64,000 nucleotides of DNA from Eledone cirrhosa (taxonomy: Eukaryota), in contig OZ024743.1 of assembly GCA_964016885.1 (NCBI GenBank), forward strand, positions 43,772,001 through 43,836,000, written 5' to 3'. How positions within the stretch are numbered: the first letter of the stretch is position 1; each line of letters opens with the position of its first letter. A program made the translations under genes and the position numbers. The notes beneath the pieces are model-generated. The model was not told where the DNA came from and searched no databases. It saw only the letters and a list, made by a program, of their open reading frames with translations. Of the stretch, positions 29,080 to 42,752 are shown piece by piece.

Positions 29080-30000
29080 GGGAGATACACGTCACTTCCG
29101 CTTACAGAGCGAGTACTTCGTATGTGAACAGACTAGGACGCCGAGTACTCAGCTCCTGCAACACTAGATATGTGGATGGTATACTCACCCTCACATCCAC
29201 CAAGGAGAATGCCAACATGATTTTCGAATCTTTCAACAATGCTGACAATATCATCAAGTTCGGCATCGAATATGACACCGACTACGGGTCCCTCGCTCTA
29301 CTTGATTTCAGACTAAACAGCTGTGATAGCGGTGAAATCCACACCGATTTCTACTGCAAAGCGGCCATCGGGGACCTGTTTGCGCAATACAAATCTGACC
29401 TCCCCAACAACTCTAAAGGAGAGTACTTCTTCAACGAAATGGCTCACATACGCATCCAATGCAGCACCGCAGCTAATAGAGCCACCCATGCCAGACGATT
29501 CCACAGGGTGCTAGAGATTACTGGCTACTCAGCTTCCTTCTCCACCCCGACGAAACCCCAGACCCAGAGACCGGATCATCACAAACAACAGTTGCTTCTT
29601 CAAGATCCCACCTTCAGCGATGAAATTACCAACGCCATACGCAAAGTCATCAGAAGAGAGGGCCTCAATATCAAACTAGCTCACTCTGGACCTCCCTGCG
29701 AAGATGACTCTCCACAAGGCAACCACACAACGAGGATAACAGATGAACCCTTGCTAATGCACTATTCGACCGTTACATCTACGTATTAAAGACGATGTTA
29801 ACACCAACTCCCCTTCCTTTAAAGAACACATCATTAAATGCGGAAAATGGGACAACATTATCACTACAATCTTAGCTACGGAACGCCATATAAGCACGAT
29901 GAGAATTAAAGAAGCACTGTTAATCAAGCAATTAAAACCTTGGATCATTAATCGAATGGAGTGCACCAGTATGGCTAATTTAAAAGCCTGTATTACAACA
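29080..30000 (+). mobile_element. Penelope-like element 3 (different family), decayed RT C-terminus and GIY-YIG tail
   Basis: RYVDGIL, IKFGIE...LALLDFRL...TDFYCK; then FKEHIIKC...RIKEALLIKQLKP..IN. Confidence 0.75.
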
Positions 30001-30771
30001 TTTCAGTGGTCCGTTGCATTCTTTCTTTCAAATTGATGTCCTCACTAGTAAAACCTAGACTCACACACATATATAAATCACAGACGTATTTCTCCCTTTT
30101 TATTATATACATATTCGCACACGCCTTTCACTACATAAAGCTAGATTCATGCACGCATACAAAAATATCCCACCAAGCACACTTAGATTCACGCACACAC
30201 ATATACACATCCCACTAAGGACACGCATGCATATATCATACATTTCCCACCAGACATTTCACAACGCGCGCGTTCATAATTTTAACGTATTTTCATTTCA
30301 TTTAACGTAAAACTGCTTTCCTAACAAGTCATATCCGATCGTTCGTTTAAGTCTCTCTCAAGGATACTACCTTGATAATGGGTTTTTTAAATACTTGGAA
30401 TGTTTAAATTTGCTGAGGTAAGATTCTATTGTTGTCGTACAAATTTTAAATGTCTTTCTTGTGCATTGTATGGTTTTCTAAATTATTTAAGTTTGTGTTT
30501 CATATATATATATATATATATATACAGTTTAGATAATTCAACAGATTTTTGTTTTACTGTGGAAAATACCAATATTAGCATTCAATGCTATGTCAAAATA
30601 TATATATTAAAAACAAAAAACAGGTTCCAGCTTAACGTTTTTTATTAAATATGCTGTTACAAATTCATTAAATGAATTTCTAGTCTTTCGAGATTAACAA
30701 GCCAGGTGAGCACATTGGTGTTGGAGGTGTGTCTATAACACAAATATACATCTTGAGCCACTTATCTGTGA

Positions 30772-30906
30772 TACGTTCGTAACAGAGCTTAATAAATAAA
30801 AACCTTAATGTGAAACCTCGTTTTATTCTTCTCAATATGTATATATTGAGAATAATAAAACGAGGTTTCACATTAAGGTTTTTATTTATTAATCTCTGTT
30901 ACGAAC

Positions 30907-30908
<2 letters not shown>
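30772..30908. repeat. Near-perfect hairpin (~65-bp arms) next to (TA)n
   Basis: acgttcgtaacagag...ctcaatat gt atatattgag...ctctgttacgaacgt. Confidence 0.85.
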
Positions 30909-30937
<29 letters not shown>

Positions 30938-31115
30938 GGAAAACGTATGACCCCGACGACAGAGCTCAAGCCGTTTCGACGGCTATTTCTGAACTGTCGA
31001 AACGGCTTGAGCTCTGCCGTCGGTGTCATACTTTTTCCTATTTCCCACTCTACTACCCTACGTATTGAGTACTCTGGTGCGTTATGGTCCATCTGGTTCC
31101 TTACCACAATTCCTT

Positions 31116-31156
<41 letters not shown>

Positions 31157-31159
<3 letters not shown>

Positions 31160-31605
31160 TAAAAGAGAAAACACAGGTAAGCATTAAGAGAAGGATTTGA
31201 TCCAGGTATTTTCGACCGTTTCATTGGAAAGTGCAACCTTATATTGCTATACTGCAAATAGTAGCCACTCAATTATAATTGTTGTTCACAGTCCAAATTT
31301 TCGAAATAGTGAGTAAGTTACTCTTGAAATAATTCTTAATATATAGAGAAAAACATTTATTTGGATTCCTCTCTCTCTATACTAGTAAATACAATTCCAA
31401 ATAAATGTTCTTCTCTATATATTAAGAATTATTTCAAGAGTAACTTACTCACTATTTCGAAAATTTGGACTGTGAACAACAATTATAATTGAGTGGCTGC
31501 TATTTGCAGTTTAACAATATAAGGTTGCACTTACCAATGAAACGGTCGTAAATACCTGGATAAAACCCTTCTCGTAATGCTTATCTGTGTTTTCTCTTTT
31601 ATACT
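31157..31605. mobile_element. Inverted-repeat mini-element (~210-bp arms) with decayed long-stem-II HHR at 31453-31554
   Basis: tatt-(TCGAAAA)-long imperfect stem ttgg..caac..ttata/tataa..gttg..ccaa-GAAA-cggtcg-TA|aata; 5' core has 3 mismatches to CUGANGA. Confidence 0.65.
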
Positions 31606-32112
31606 TTATACGCCAAGATTGAACGGAATTCTTACAAACTTGTGGAGCTACCCCTATCCGTAACGTTGAAACCATCCATGAAACTGGCTTTCTTAACCAA
31701 GAACTGGATCACAATAAGCAATGTTTTGCTTCTCTAACTATATATATATATATATAAATATATATAATTGGTTGTTTTGGAAGCCTCAACATTGCAGAAG
31801 GGTGAATCTCCGTTTAACAGAATCAGGTGGTAATGAGAGAGAGAGAAAGATGTAAGAGGAAATGTAGAGTGTCTAGAGCAACGTAGAAGAGAGTGTAAAA
31901 ATAATTGTTTATACGCTAGGCACAAGGCCAGTAAATTACCCAGTACATTACTGGTACTTTATATTTAAAAAATAATAACACGAGATAGAGTTACCTTGGA
32001 AGTGATTTAATTATCCCTATATTTCGGATTCCGCATCCATCAACTTGGGGTTTTCCGAGGGGAAAATAGTTTAGTAGGACAGGGAAACACGTGGCCTCTC
32101 TTGTTTATATAA

Positions 32113-32157
<45 letters not shown>

Positions 32158-32159
<2 letters not shown>

Positions 32160-32470
32160 ATAGAAAACGAAAAATCAGTGATGCATCTGAACTCAATTTA
32201 TTGTGTGTTACAATTGTTTCAGAGAAATTTCTCTCAGAGAATATGCTCCGAAATCATTAGACGTGTCCGGCGAACCTGCCGGTCCAGAATCAGACAGATC
32301 CACACAATGATCGCGTCTCGAGCTGTCGGCCGGGGAAACAATTGTAACATACAATAAATTGAGTTCAGATGCATCACTGATTTTTCGTTTTCTATTCAAT
32401 CATACTCTGCTTTATAAGAGCATAAATTACTCAACCGGCATACCGCCTATGGAAGCACCTTAATTACCAA
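32158..32470. mobile_element. Inverted-repeat mini-element with decayed long-stem-II HHR at 32263-32350
   Basis: gtgt-CCGGCGA-GC-rich stem II-GAAA-caattg-TA|acat; left arm 32158-32220 is the reverse complement of 32335-32397. Confidence 0.7.
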
Positions 32471-33879
32471 CACACACATATATATATTTATACATATATA
32501 TACATGTGCGTGTTTGTGTGTCTAAGAAAAATATATAGAGAGAGAGATGGAGAAATAGAGATATATGTTAAACGGGACATTGTCTAGGCGTATTCGTTTC
32601 GTCTTCTATATATCGCAACGATATCAGATTGTATGCATCCAAGTTTATATATAAATTATTCGTCATTATGCATCCTCCATTGCATGCACATTATGTAGAA
32701 GTATTCCTTTTATTGCTAATTTCCTCCATCATTTCCTTTGCCATGTAAAATATTTTAACAGATCCTATTACAAGTAGGCACATTTTTCAATATGATTCGG
32801 TACCCACCAAAGGGAGAATGTAGATTGACAAGGATATCATTATTTCCTTCCATAGAATAACATGGACAATATATTATCTAAGAATGTTTTCTTTTTCTAG
32901 ATAATACCTTATTCATATTCAATGCAATTCTCTATTTGCTTCAAATATAGTACTATCTAATTCTTATCTGGAAAATTAAACAATGGATTTCTTTACCTCC
33001 TAATATATTTTGATTTAATTCTTCATGACTTTCATGCAATCACCATCTTGCAACATTATCGCGCAGTTATTAAGCAGATAAGAAGTTATTGTGAACAAAC
33101 TAACTGTTTACTCCCCACACAATACTACATTTCTTGATTAGCACTATTATCAAACCGCTGCAAGTGAATCGTAATGGATATATATGTATAACTAAACGAA
33201 ACTACATTTCTTTTAAATATATTACCTTACTTATCCACTTTCAACATCAGTTATGCAAAGAAAAAATAATGTTAATTTTCCTAATTTGAGTTTTATAACT
33301 TATTTGATATGTGTATGATTGAGGAGTTCGTCTTTATTAGCTCCTACATCCGCGTAAACAATATTCATAATTGCAATGTTTCTACAATTATTGTTTTATG
33401 CACAGGAGTAGGATACACCATTGAGGAGACATGCCAATTCTTTCTACAATTAATAGTATAAAATTAAAATCTTGTAAAATACTAAACGTGTGAAACTAAT
33501 GTTTTGGACTAACATATTGCAACAAAAATTCGAAGTGATGGAAAACAACATGTTAGTATAGAACTCAAAAGGAGTTAGGCCCATGTAAAGTATATTATAC
33601 CACAAAACGGCACAGAGAATATTTGAACACCCACGAGTTGCTTCCACCAGTAAACAGTTGTTTGCGTTAACGCCATCTGATACTACTTGAGAACCTTCAA
33701 AACATATTTGTAAAATGGGTGTAAATTTGCGTTTACTAATTCCCACAGTAACCAAATCATAAATAAAATGTATCAGTTATTTTAACTTGCTGACATACTT
33801 AAATTGATGATTTACAATTTCAAAATAACCCCTGTATTCTGCCAGGAAATAGTTCTATTTATTTTCAAAAACTACCGCG

Positions 33880-34200
33880 TGCAGTCGACTTTCCGCATGA
33901 ACAGACGCATGAATCCAGAGAATTCGGCCCGTCTGAGGGGGGAGCCCCGTGACGTTGGGTGGCTGTTGCATCGTCCGGGGGAATGTTTTTTGATTTCTTG
34001 TCAGCGGGGCGCAGCACTTCTGCTCTCTTGCCCTAGGCCCAAAGCACAATCACCCTCCCTCTTCATCCCCATCCCTCTCCTGAGCTCGTGTCATCCCCTC
34101 CCCTACCCGTTATTTTCCTTCTTTCTTTCTCTTCGTCTTTTTTTCTATAATTCCCTCTTCTTTCTTTCCATTTGTTTCCCCCTTTTTTATTATTTTAATA
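33880..34200 (+). mobile_element. CRE-like retrotransposon 3' end
   Basis: ARLRGEPRDVGWLLHR...CQRG; 3' UTR similar to 380-615. Confidence 0.55.
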
Positions 34201-34282
34201 AATATCCTACATTTTGCATGAAAAACAAAACATTCATGAATTAACGTACTGAATTTGCTCGCATATTATACCCACGTGTAAG

Positions 34283-34440
34283 GCGATAGATTGGCACTAA
34301 TGGTAGAGCATCGGATACCCTGCTTCACGGCATAGTCTAACGGGCCTTTACATTCTGAGTTAAAATCTCGCTAAGATTAGTCTCGTCTATTCCTTCCCCA
34401 AAATTTCTGGCATTGAGCCTAAATCAGAAACCATATTATA
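34283..34440 (+). mobile_element. Decayed tRNA-derived SINE
   Basis: ggcgatagattggcactaatggtagagcatcgga...ctgagttaaaatctcgc. Confidence 0.65.
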
Positions 34441-35739
34441 CCAATGTTGAGATAAGATCGTCTTCATTCTCAACATAGACTATTACATTTGTTTTGTGTA
34501 TTTCATATTTTATTGTTTATATAACTTCAATATAATTATATAACTTAAATATAACAGAAAGTAACTTGGACAATATATGAATGTAGGACAAACATTTTAT
34601 TTATAATACTACTTTAATTTAGAGAAGAAACAAAAGCAAGTTAGCTATAGATGCAAATATTATATAACAAGATGAAAGTATCGATAACTCAGAAAATCAA
34701 AGGAGCAGAACATTTATTTATAATGAAAACGTGATACATTATCTTTCATGAATTCTATAACAAGACGTGGCAAGAAGAAACGAAATCATTTCTGCTCTGG
34801 CTGAAAACCTTTTACATTATATTCTAGAATAATGCAGGGCATTGGAGAATAAGAACTGTCATTTGCAGTGCATATATCACATCGTTCATACATTAGTAAA
34901 CATAAAAAATGAAACCAAATCAGCTTAACAACGGCAGGAAACCTTTTATAAGAGAACAAGCTACCAGTGAGATTGATCGTAAACAAATACGTTAGTAAAA
35001 ACTTCGGCGTTTTCTGGAGATGTAAAGACTGTAAATACCATTATCATTAAAACATGATGAAATACCCACACTATTGTTAATGACAGTATTAATATTTTCA
35101 AATAATGCACCGACTTTAAACGCATCCCGGGTATTGCCAATGCCACGAAAGCATATCACAGATTATTTTACACAGCATTTTTCCTGTGTTTTTAAAATAG
35201 TTGTCAGAAAACATCGTGATATTTTGCCAAAGCAAGCGCCACAGTTGCGAGAGATTATTCAGTATATCTCATACAAAGTAAAATATCGGTCTTTGTCTCA
35301 CACATTTGTTTAGTTGTGCAATAGGTTTGGTTTTTACCCTAATCTACGATATAATGCATTGAAGTAGTATATTGTAAACCATACACTGGTAAATGTTCTT
35401 TTTCTACAGGCTTACACATTTCTACGACACTTTAATTTCCATACTAAAAAAACATTTGATTTCACTGTATAAAACTTTGTACATAATCTACTTTGTCTTC
35501 GTTGTCGCGTTTGCACTTTTAATCGATTTCAGATATATTCTTCTTCGTCTCATGAATATGTAACGATGAACACAATTTCCTTATCTTACATAGGCTGGGG
35601 CATTTTAATCTGTGGACCAATTTCCTAAACGATTTCTCGTAAGCCTTATTAAATATGAACTGGTTACATGACAAAGAGACGGACATAAGCACAAACACAG
35701 TATAGACATATACATATGTATCTGTGCATATTTAAGTAC

Positions 35740-35775
<36 letters not shown>

Positions 35776-36651
35776 TTATGTGGAAATGTGTGTGAGTGTA
35801 TTCACAGCCCTTTAAGAACATATACATGTAACACAACCTACATAATTCTTGTTTATTACACTGTACTACTTGCTTAATTTTTATTATAGTATATAATCCC
35901 CTTATTATAAACACGCCAGTCTCACTATGACATAGACGTCTGTACAGATCGAACTATATCAATATCATTTGAGCATTCTTCAACACTCGCTTAATCCATT
36001 TCCCCACACGTGTACAGCATTATGAAGATAAATGGAATTTGATTCCATCATTCATATCATTTCCGATTGTTATATATTATCTAATTCGTTTTTCATCTTC
36101 TTTGCTTCCGTCGGAATATAGGTAGGTATTCTTCTTTATGTACGCACTTTTACAATACTTTCCTACTGCATTCATACATTGCCTTTCTTTTCTTCAATAC
36201 ACAAATATTTGAATTTACATACATAAATGTTCACCTATATTAGCGTTGCAAACTTTAAGTACATATATATATGCATCGATATATATGTCCATCTAGATGT
36301 ACGTGCATCCATTCATATATGCTTACTTTTGCATATCAGATATATTTATGTTTGCATGCACCTATTTAGTTCACTGTTTTATTTGTATGCATACGTTTGT
36401 GAATAGATCTTTACGGGTCGTTGTGTGCAGATTGTATATTTACATTTCCACACGAGTAGATATGTGCTTATACATATCCATTGTTTGCATATACATACAT
36501 ATATGTATATGATATATATATATATAACGAAGGAAATGTGGTAAGGAACCATGTGGACCATAACGCACCAAAGTACTCAATACTAAAATCAATTTAGTCC
36601 AGAATTAGCCGTCGAAACGGCTTGAGCTCAGCCGTCGGGGTCTTACTGGTT

Positions 36652-36718
<67 letters not shown>

Positions 36719-36786
36719 TATACATATATGTATGTATATGCAAACAATGGATATATATATATATGTATATATATATACATACATGA

Positions 36787-36854
<68 letters not shown>

Positions 36855-37374
36855 ATGTATGTGCGTGTGTGTGTGTATGTGTGTGCTTGTGTGTATGCGT
36901 GTGCTTATACGTATTTCATCTTATATCTGGATAAATAATCCGTTGCTATTTTATATGATCTCATATAATTATTATAAGTGGCTATAATATTTAAATTTGC
37001 TTACTGCATGTATATACCTATCACCATTCGTTCTATAGAATCACATTCGTGTAAAATTGTGTGTATATATGCGAGCATGTAAGGATAATTCTCCCTTTTC
37101 TTTCATATGATCGTATGTTTACATTGTCATGAAAAATGTTTTCTTGTGCCATTCCGTCCGTGCTATAAGCCTGTGCCAGGTGACCACTGTTATTTTCTTG
37201 GGTGTTTTCATTTTGTTAGCTACAGTGTAATTGCTGTTATGTGTTTCAACGTTGGACCATTACAGTATTGGATTTCGGCGACATGAGAGTTTTATATTGG
37301 AGTTAATGTGTTTTGGTTTCGGTTATATAAAAGTTTGTTTACCTTTAGTAGAATGTGTGTTCATTATATAGTGT

Positions 37375-37555
37375 ATTGGCAGTATCGGTAGAGGGTTGGA
37401 CACCATGCTTTGCAACACTGTTATGTCCCTTTACGGACTGAGTTCAAATCCCGCCGAGGTTAACTTTGCCTTTCATCCTTACGGGGTCGATAAAATAAAG
37501 TACCAGTAATGCACTGGGTAATTGCAGGCTTTGTACCAAAAGTAGAAACAATTAT
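37375..37555 (+). mobile_element. tRNA-derived SINE
   Basis: gagttcaaatcccgccgaggttaactttgcctttcatccttacggggtcgataaaataaagtaccag. Confidence 0.85.
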
Positions 37556-38074
37556 ATAGTGTATGTCCACATTGAGTTGTGTTATTACATGTAGGAATTT
37601 TTCTATATAATATATTGTGTGCGCAAAGGTATGGAAAAATCCACTTAAATATAAATGGAATCGGATTTACATCATCGCGAAACATGGAGTATTTTTAGTA
37701 TTTTAAACATGATAGAGTCCACAAATTTCTACGTCAAAACACAGAGCGTGCGAAAATAAAAGAAAATAGCAAGACAGTGAGATGGAGAGAGAGACCAGAT
37801 GAATCATCGATCCCATTATCGAACAGGTACTTTATTTAGCAACCTCGAAAATGAATGCAAAAATGAACCTCTGTGGTATTTGAACTCAGGGTTCTGTAAA
37901 GCATATCAACTTGTGGCACATTTGACATCCAATTATCTCACGATTCTGCCTATTCTCCGAATTCTCTGTGCAGAGAATGAAATGAAAGGTTGTAATGCAA
38001 CATTGACAGTGACAAGCGCAGTATATTTGCTCTAATGAAATAATATATTTGTAATATATATACGCTGTATAAAG

Positions 38075-38340
38075 GGGAGTGAATTGGCTGTATCGGTGGA
38101 ACGTCGGACAACGTGCTTTATAGCATAGAGTTACGGCTCATAGCGATCAACGTTCAAATACTCTCGTGGTTAGCTTTGACTTTCATATTTAAGGGGGAGA
38201 TAAAATACAGAACCAGTCACGATTTTCCTCTCCCCACAAATTGTTGGTCTTGTACCTAAAACAGTTATGCACTGGCGTCGATTTAAACGACTTTCCGCTC
38301 CTCAAAAATGGTTAGCCTTGTGCCTAAATCAGAAACTAAT
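38075..38340 (+). mobile_element. Decayed tRNA-derived SINE with duplicated 3' part
   Basis: Same SINE consensus, diverged. Confidence 0.65.
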
Positions 38341-38573
38341 ATATTATGCAGTACATAATATTTATGTGTTCTGCATATTCTCTATATAATTACGTCCTAG
38401 AGCGTTAGTTGTGTATCTATCGATCATGCTTTCAAATATTGTGCGAGTGATTATTTTGTTTGAATCTATCTCTGAATAGACGAGAGACAATTATACAAAT
38501 ATATCTTCAATATTTATTTCTCCAACTATGATTCCGCTACAATCTTCATAATTTGCTGCCTTGTTTGCAAACA

Positions 38574-38666
<93 letters not shown>

Positions 38667-38878
38667 ATATATATGCAGATGTGTGAATGTGCGTGTGTAT
38701 GTGTGTGGAAAAAAAGCTTTTGTAACTTATTTCTTAATTCACAATGTTACTCCAAGGGACGAGACATTTTGTACGATTATCGGAATAATTAAATATGAAT
38801 CATATTTACACGGCCTATGGGTTCCGACATAAGTATTCGTTTCATTTCTGAATCTTCTGGCCTCAATCATGTATATAT

Positions 38879-38918
<40 letters not shown>

Positions 38919-39024
38919 TGTGTGGTAAGATACCAGGTGGACCATGACACACCAGAGTTCTAGATACTCAGCCGTCGGGGTCCCGAGAATTTTCCTATAT
39001 ATTAGATATATTTTTGAGTATATA

Positions 39025-39112
<88 letters not shown>

Positions 39113-39178
39113 TACATATACATATGTAAGTATGTATGTATACGTACATACATATATGTATACAGACGTACAGTAGCA

Positions 39179-39214
<36 letters not shown>

Positions 39215-39377
39215 CAGGTACACATACATATATGTACGTATCAGTTTAGCGGACGTTTATTATAACGCCCGCTTTGTCCGTTTGTAATCAAACTGACAGC
39301 CTGAATTTATGCCGTACGGTGTTAAGGCAACCACGTCACCTTTTTTTTTGTTTTTTTTTTGTTCAACAGACACAGGA

Positions 39378-39420
39378 ACGATGTACTAGTTTCAAGCTTC
39401 TTAGCTATCATCAGCACCGT
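39378..39420 (-). ncRNA. Minimal type I HHR, intact core
   Basis: Reverse complement of the 40318-40360 motif. Confidence 0.85.
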
Positions 39421-39832
39421 ATACCCTTCTGCCAGATGGTTGAACGTTCGAAAGTATATACTTTCCTTATGAAAATTAACGGCTGAGCAGCCTAATTTGC
39501 ATATCGAGTGAGTTCAGTCGGCCAGGCGCACCGAAAACGATAAGTTGTAATAGAATGAAAACGAAATTTCATTTCTCACTCTTAGTACGGCACTTACTTA
39601 AATGTAAGTATGTATGTATACGTACATACATATATGTATACAGACGTACAGTAGCATGCATATATATATATATATATACATACAGGTACAAATACTTATA
39701 TGTACGTATCAGATTAGCGGACGTTTATTATAACGCCCGCTTTGTCCGATTGTAAACAAACTGACAGCCTGAATTTATGCCGTACGGTGTTAAGGCAACC
39801 ACGTCACCTTTTTGTTCAACACTGACACAGGA

Positions 39833-39875
39833 ACGATGTACTAGTTTCAAGCTTCTTAGCTATCATCAGCACCGT
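39833..39875 (-). ncRNA. Minimal type I HHR, intact core
   Basis: Reverse complement of the 40318-40360 motif. Confidence 0.85.
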
Positions 39876-40317
39876 ATACCCTTCTGCCAGATAGTTGAAC
39901 GTTCGAAAGTATATACTTTCCTTATGAAAATTAACGGCTGAGCAGCCTAATTTGCATATCGAGTGAGTTCAGTCGGCCAGGCGCACCGAAAACGATAAGT
40001 TGCAATAGAATGAAAACGAAATTTCATTTCTCACTCTTAGTACGGAACTTACTTAAATGTAAGTATGTATGTATATATGCATGCTACTGTACGTATGTAT
40101 ACATATATGTATGTACGTATACATACATACTTACATTTAAATAAGTGCCGTACTAAGAGTGAGAAATGAAATTTCGTTTTCATTCTATTACAACTTATCG
40201 TTTTCGGTGCGCCTGGCCGACTGAACTCACTCGATATGCAAATTAGGCTGCTCAGCCGTTAATTATCCTAAGGAAATTATATACTTTCGAACGTTCCACC
40301 ATCTGGCAGAAAGGTAT

Positions 40318-40360
40318 ACGGTGCTGATGATAGCTAAGAAGCTTGAAACTAGTACATCGT
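40318..40360 (+). ncRNA. Minimal type I HHR, intact core
   Basis: acggtg-CTGATGA-tAGCT aaga AGCTt-GAAA-ctag-TA|catcgt; 6-bp stem I, palindromic stem III ACTAGT, GUA site. Confidence 0.85.
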
Positions 40361-42340
40361 TCCTGTGTCTGTGTTGAACGAAAAGGTGACGTGGTTGCCT
40401 TAACACCGTACGGCATAAATTCAGGCTGTCAGTTTGTTTACAAACGGACAAAGCGGGCGTTATAATAAACGTCCGCTAAACTGATACGTACATATATGTA
40501 TGTGTACCTGTATGCATATATATATATATATATATAAATTGAAACAAAATGAAAACGAAATTTCATTTCTCACTCTTAGTGGCACTTACTTAAATGTAAG
40601 TATGCATGTATACGTACATACATATATGTATACAGACGTACAGTAGCATGCACATATATATATATATATACATATATACATACATATGCATACAGGTACA
40701 CATACATATATGCACGTATCAGTTTAGCGGCGCTAACGTCGCTTTGTTCGTTTGTAAACAAACTGAACAGCCTGAATTTATGCCATACGGTTTTAAGGCA
40801 ACCACGTCACCTTTTTGTTCAACACTGACACAGGAACGATGTACTAGTTTTAAGCTTGTTAGGTATCATCAGCACCGTTTACCCATCTGCCAGATAGTTG
40901 AACGTTCGAAAGTATATACTTTCCTTATGAAAATTAACGGCTGAGCAGCCTAATTTGCATATTGAGTGAGTTAAATCGGTCAGGCATACCGAAAACGATA
41001 AATTGAAACAAAATGAAAACGAAATTTCATTTCTCACTCTTAGTATGGCACTTACTTAAATGTAAGTATGCATGTATACGTACATACATATATGTATACA
41101 GACGTACAGTAGCATGCACATATATATATATATATACATATATACATACATATGCATACAGGTACACATACATATATGCTCGTATCAGTTTAGCGGCGCT
41201 AACGTCGCTTTGTTCGTTTGTAAACAAACTGAACAGCCTGAATTTATGCCATACGGTGTTAAGGCAACCACGTCACCTTTTTGTTCAACACTGACACAGG
41301 AACGATGTACTAGATTCAAGCTTGTTAGCTATCATCAGCACCGTTTACCCATCTGCCAGATAGTTGAACGTTCGAAAGTATATACTTTCCTTATGAAAAT
41401 TAACGGCTGAGCAGCCTAATTTGCATATTGAGTGAGTTAAATCGGTCAGGCATACCGAAAACGATAAATTGAAACAAAATGAAAACGAAATTTCATTTCT
41501 CACTCTTAGTGGCACTTACTTAAATGTAAGTATGCATGTATACGTACATACATATATGTATACAGACGTACAGTAGCATGCACATATATATATATATATA
41601 CATATATACATACATATGCATACAGGTACACATACATATATGCACGTATTAGTTTAGCGGCGCTAACGTCGCTTTGTTCGTTTGTAAACAAACTGAACAG
41701 CCTGAATTTATGCCATACAGTGTTAAGGCAACCACGTCATCTTTTTGTTCAACACTGACACAGGAACGATGTACTAGTTTTAAGCTTGTTAGCTATCATC
41801 AGCACCGTTTACCCATCTGCCAGATAGTTGAACGTTCGAAAGTATATACTTTCCTTATGAAAATTAACGGCTGAGCAGCCTAATTTGCATATTGAGTGAG
41901 TTAAATCGGTCAGGCATACCGAAAACGATAAATTGAAACAAAATGAAAACGAAATTTCATTTCTCACTCTTAGTATGGCACTTACTTAAATGTAAGTATG
42001 CATGTATACGTACATACATATATGTATACAGACGTACAGTAGCATGCACATATATATATATATATATATACATATATACATACATATGCATACAGGTACA
42101 CATACATATATGCACAAAAAAAGGTGACGTGGTTGCCTTAACACCGTATGGCATAAATTCAGGCTGTTCAGTTTGCTTACAAACGAACAAAGCGACGTTA
42201 GCGCCGCTAAACTGATACGTGCATATATGTATGTGTACCTGTATGCATATGTATGTATATATGTATATATATATATATATATGTGCATGCTACTGTACGT
42301 CTGTATACATATATGTATGTACGTATACATGCATACTTAC

Positions 42341-42372
<32 letters not shown>

Positions 42373-42490
42373 GCATGCGACTGTACGTCTGTATACATAT
42401 ATGTATGTACATATACATACATACTTACATTTAAGTAAGTGCCGTACTAAGAGTGAGAAATGAAATTTCGTTTTCTATTCTATTACAACT

Positions 42491-42545
<55 letters not shown>

Positions 42546-42664
42546 AGAAATTTCTTATTTCTAAAGAAACACGATTTATCTACAGATTTTTCTTTAGAAA
42601 TACGAAATTTCTATACATATCTATAAGCAACTATGCATGAACCTAAATCCTAATACTATCTCAG

Positions 42665-42752
<88 letters not shown>

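Larger units (their letters stand above)
39111..42493. repeat. Tandem array of ~455-466-bp units with two inversions; each full unit carries a minimal HHR (retrozyme-like)
   Basis: HHR copies start at 39378, 39833, 40318 (opposite strand), 40836, 41302 and 41766; orientation flips at ~40073 and ~42114. Confidence 0.92.

Noticed and set aside
32015-32050. Minus-strand ggat..atcc-GAAATATA-ggg hammerhead remnant
   Set aside because: The 5' core is too degenerate to call
39111-42493. CRISPR-like array or coding repeat
   Set aside because: Units are ~460 bp and near-identical with no unique spacers; the context is eukaryotic and the short ORFs are incidental
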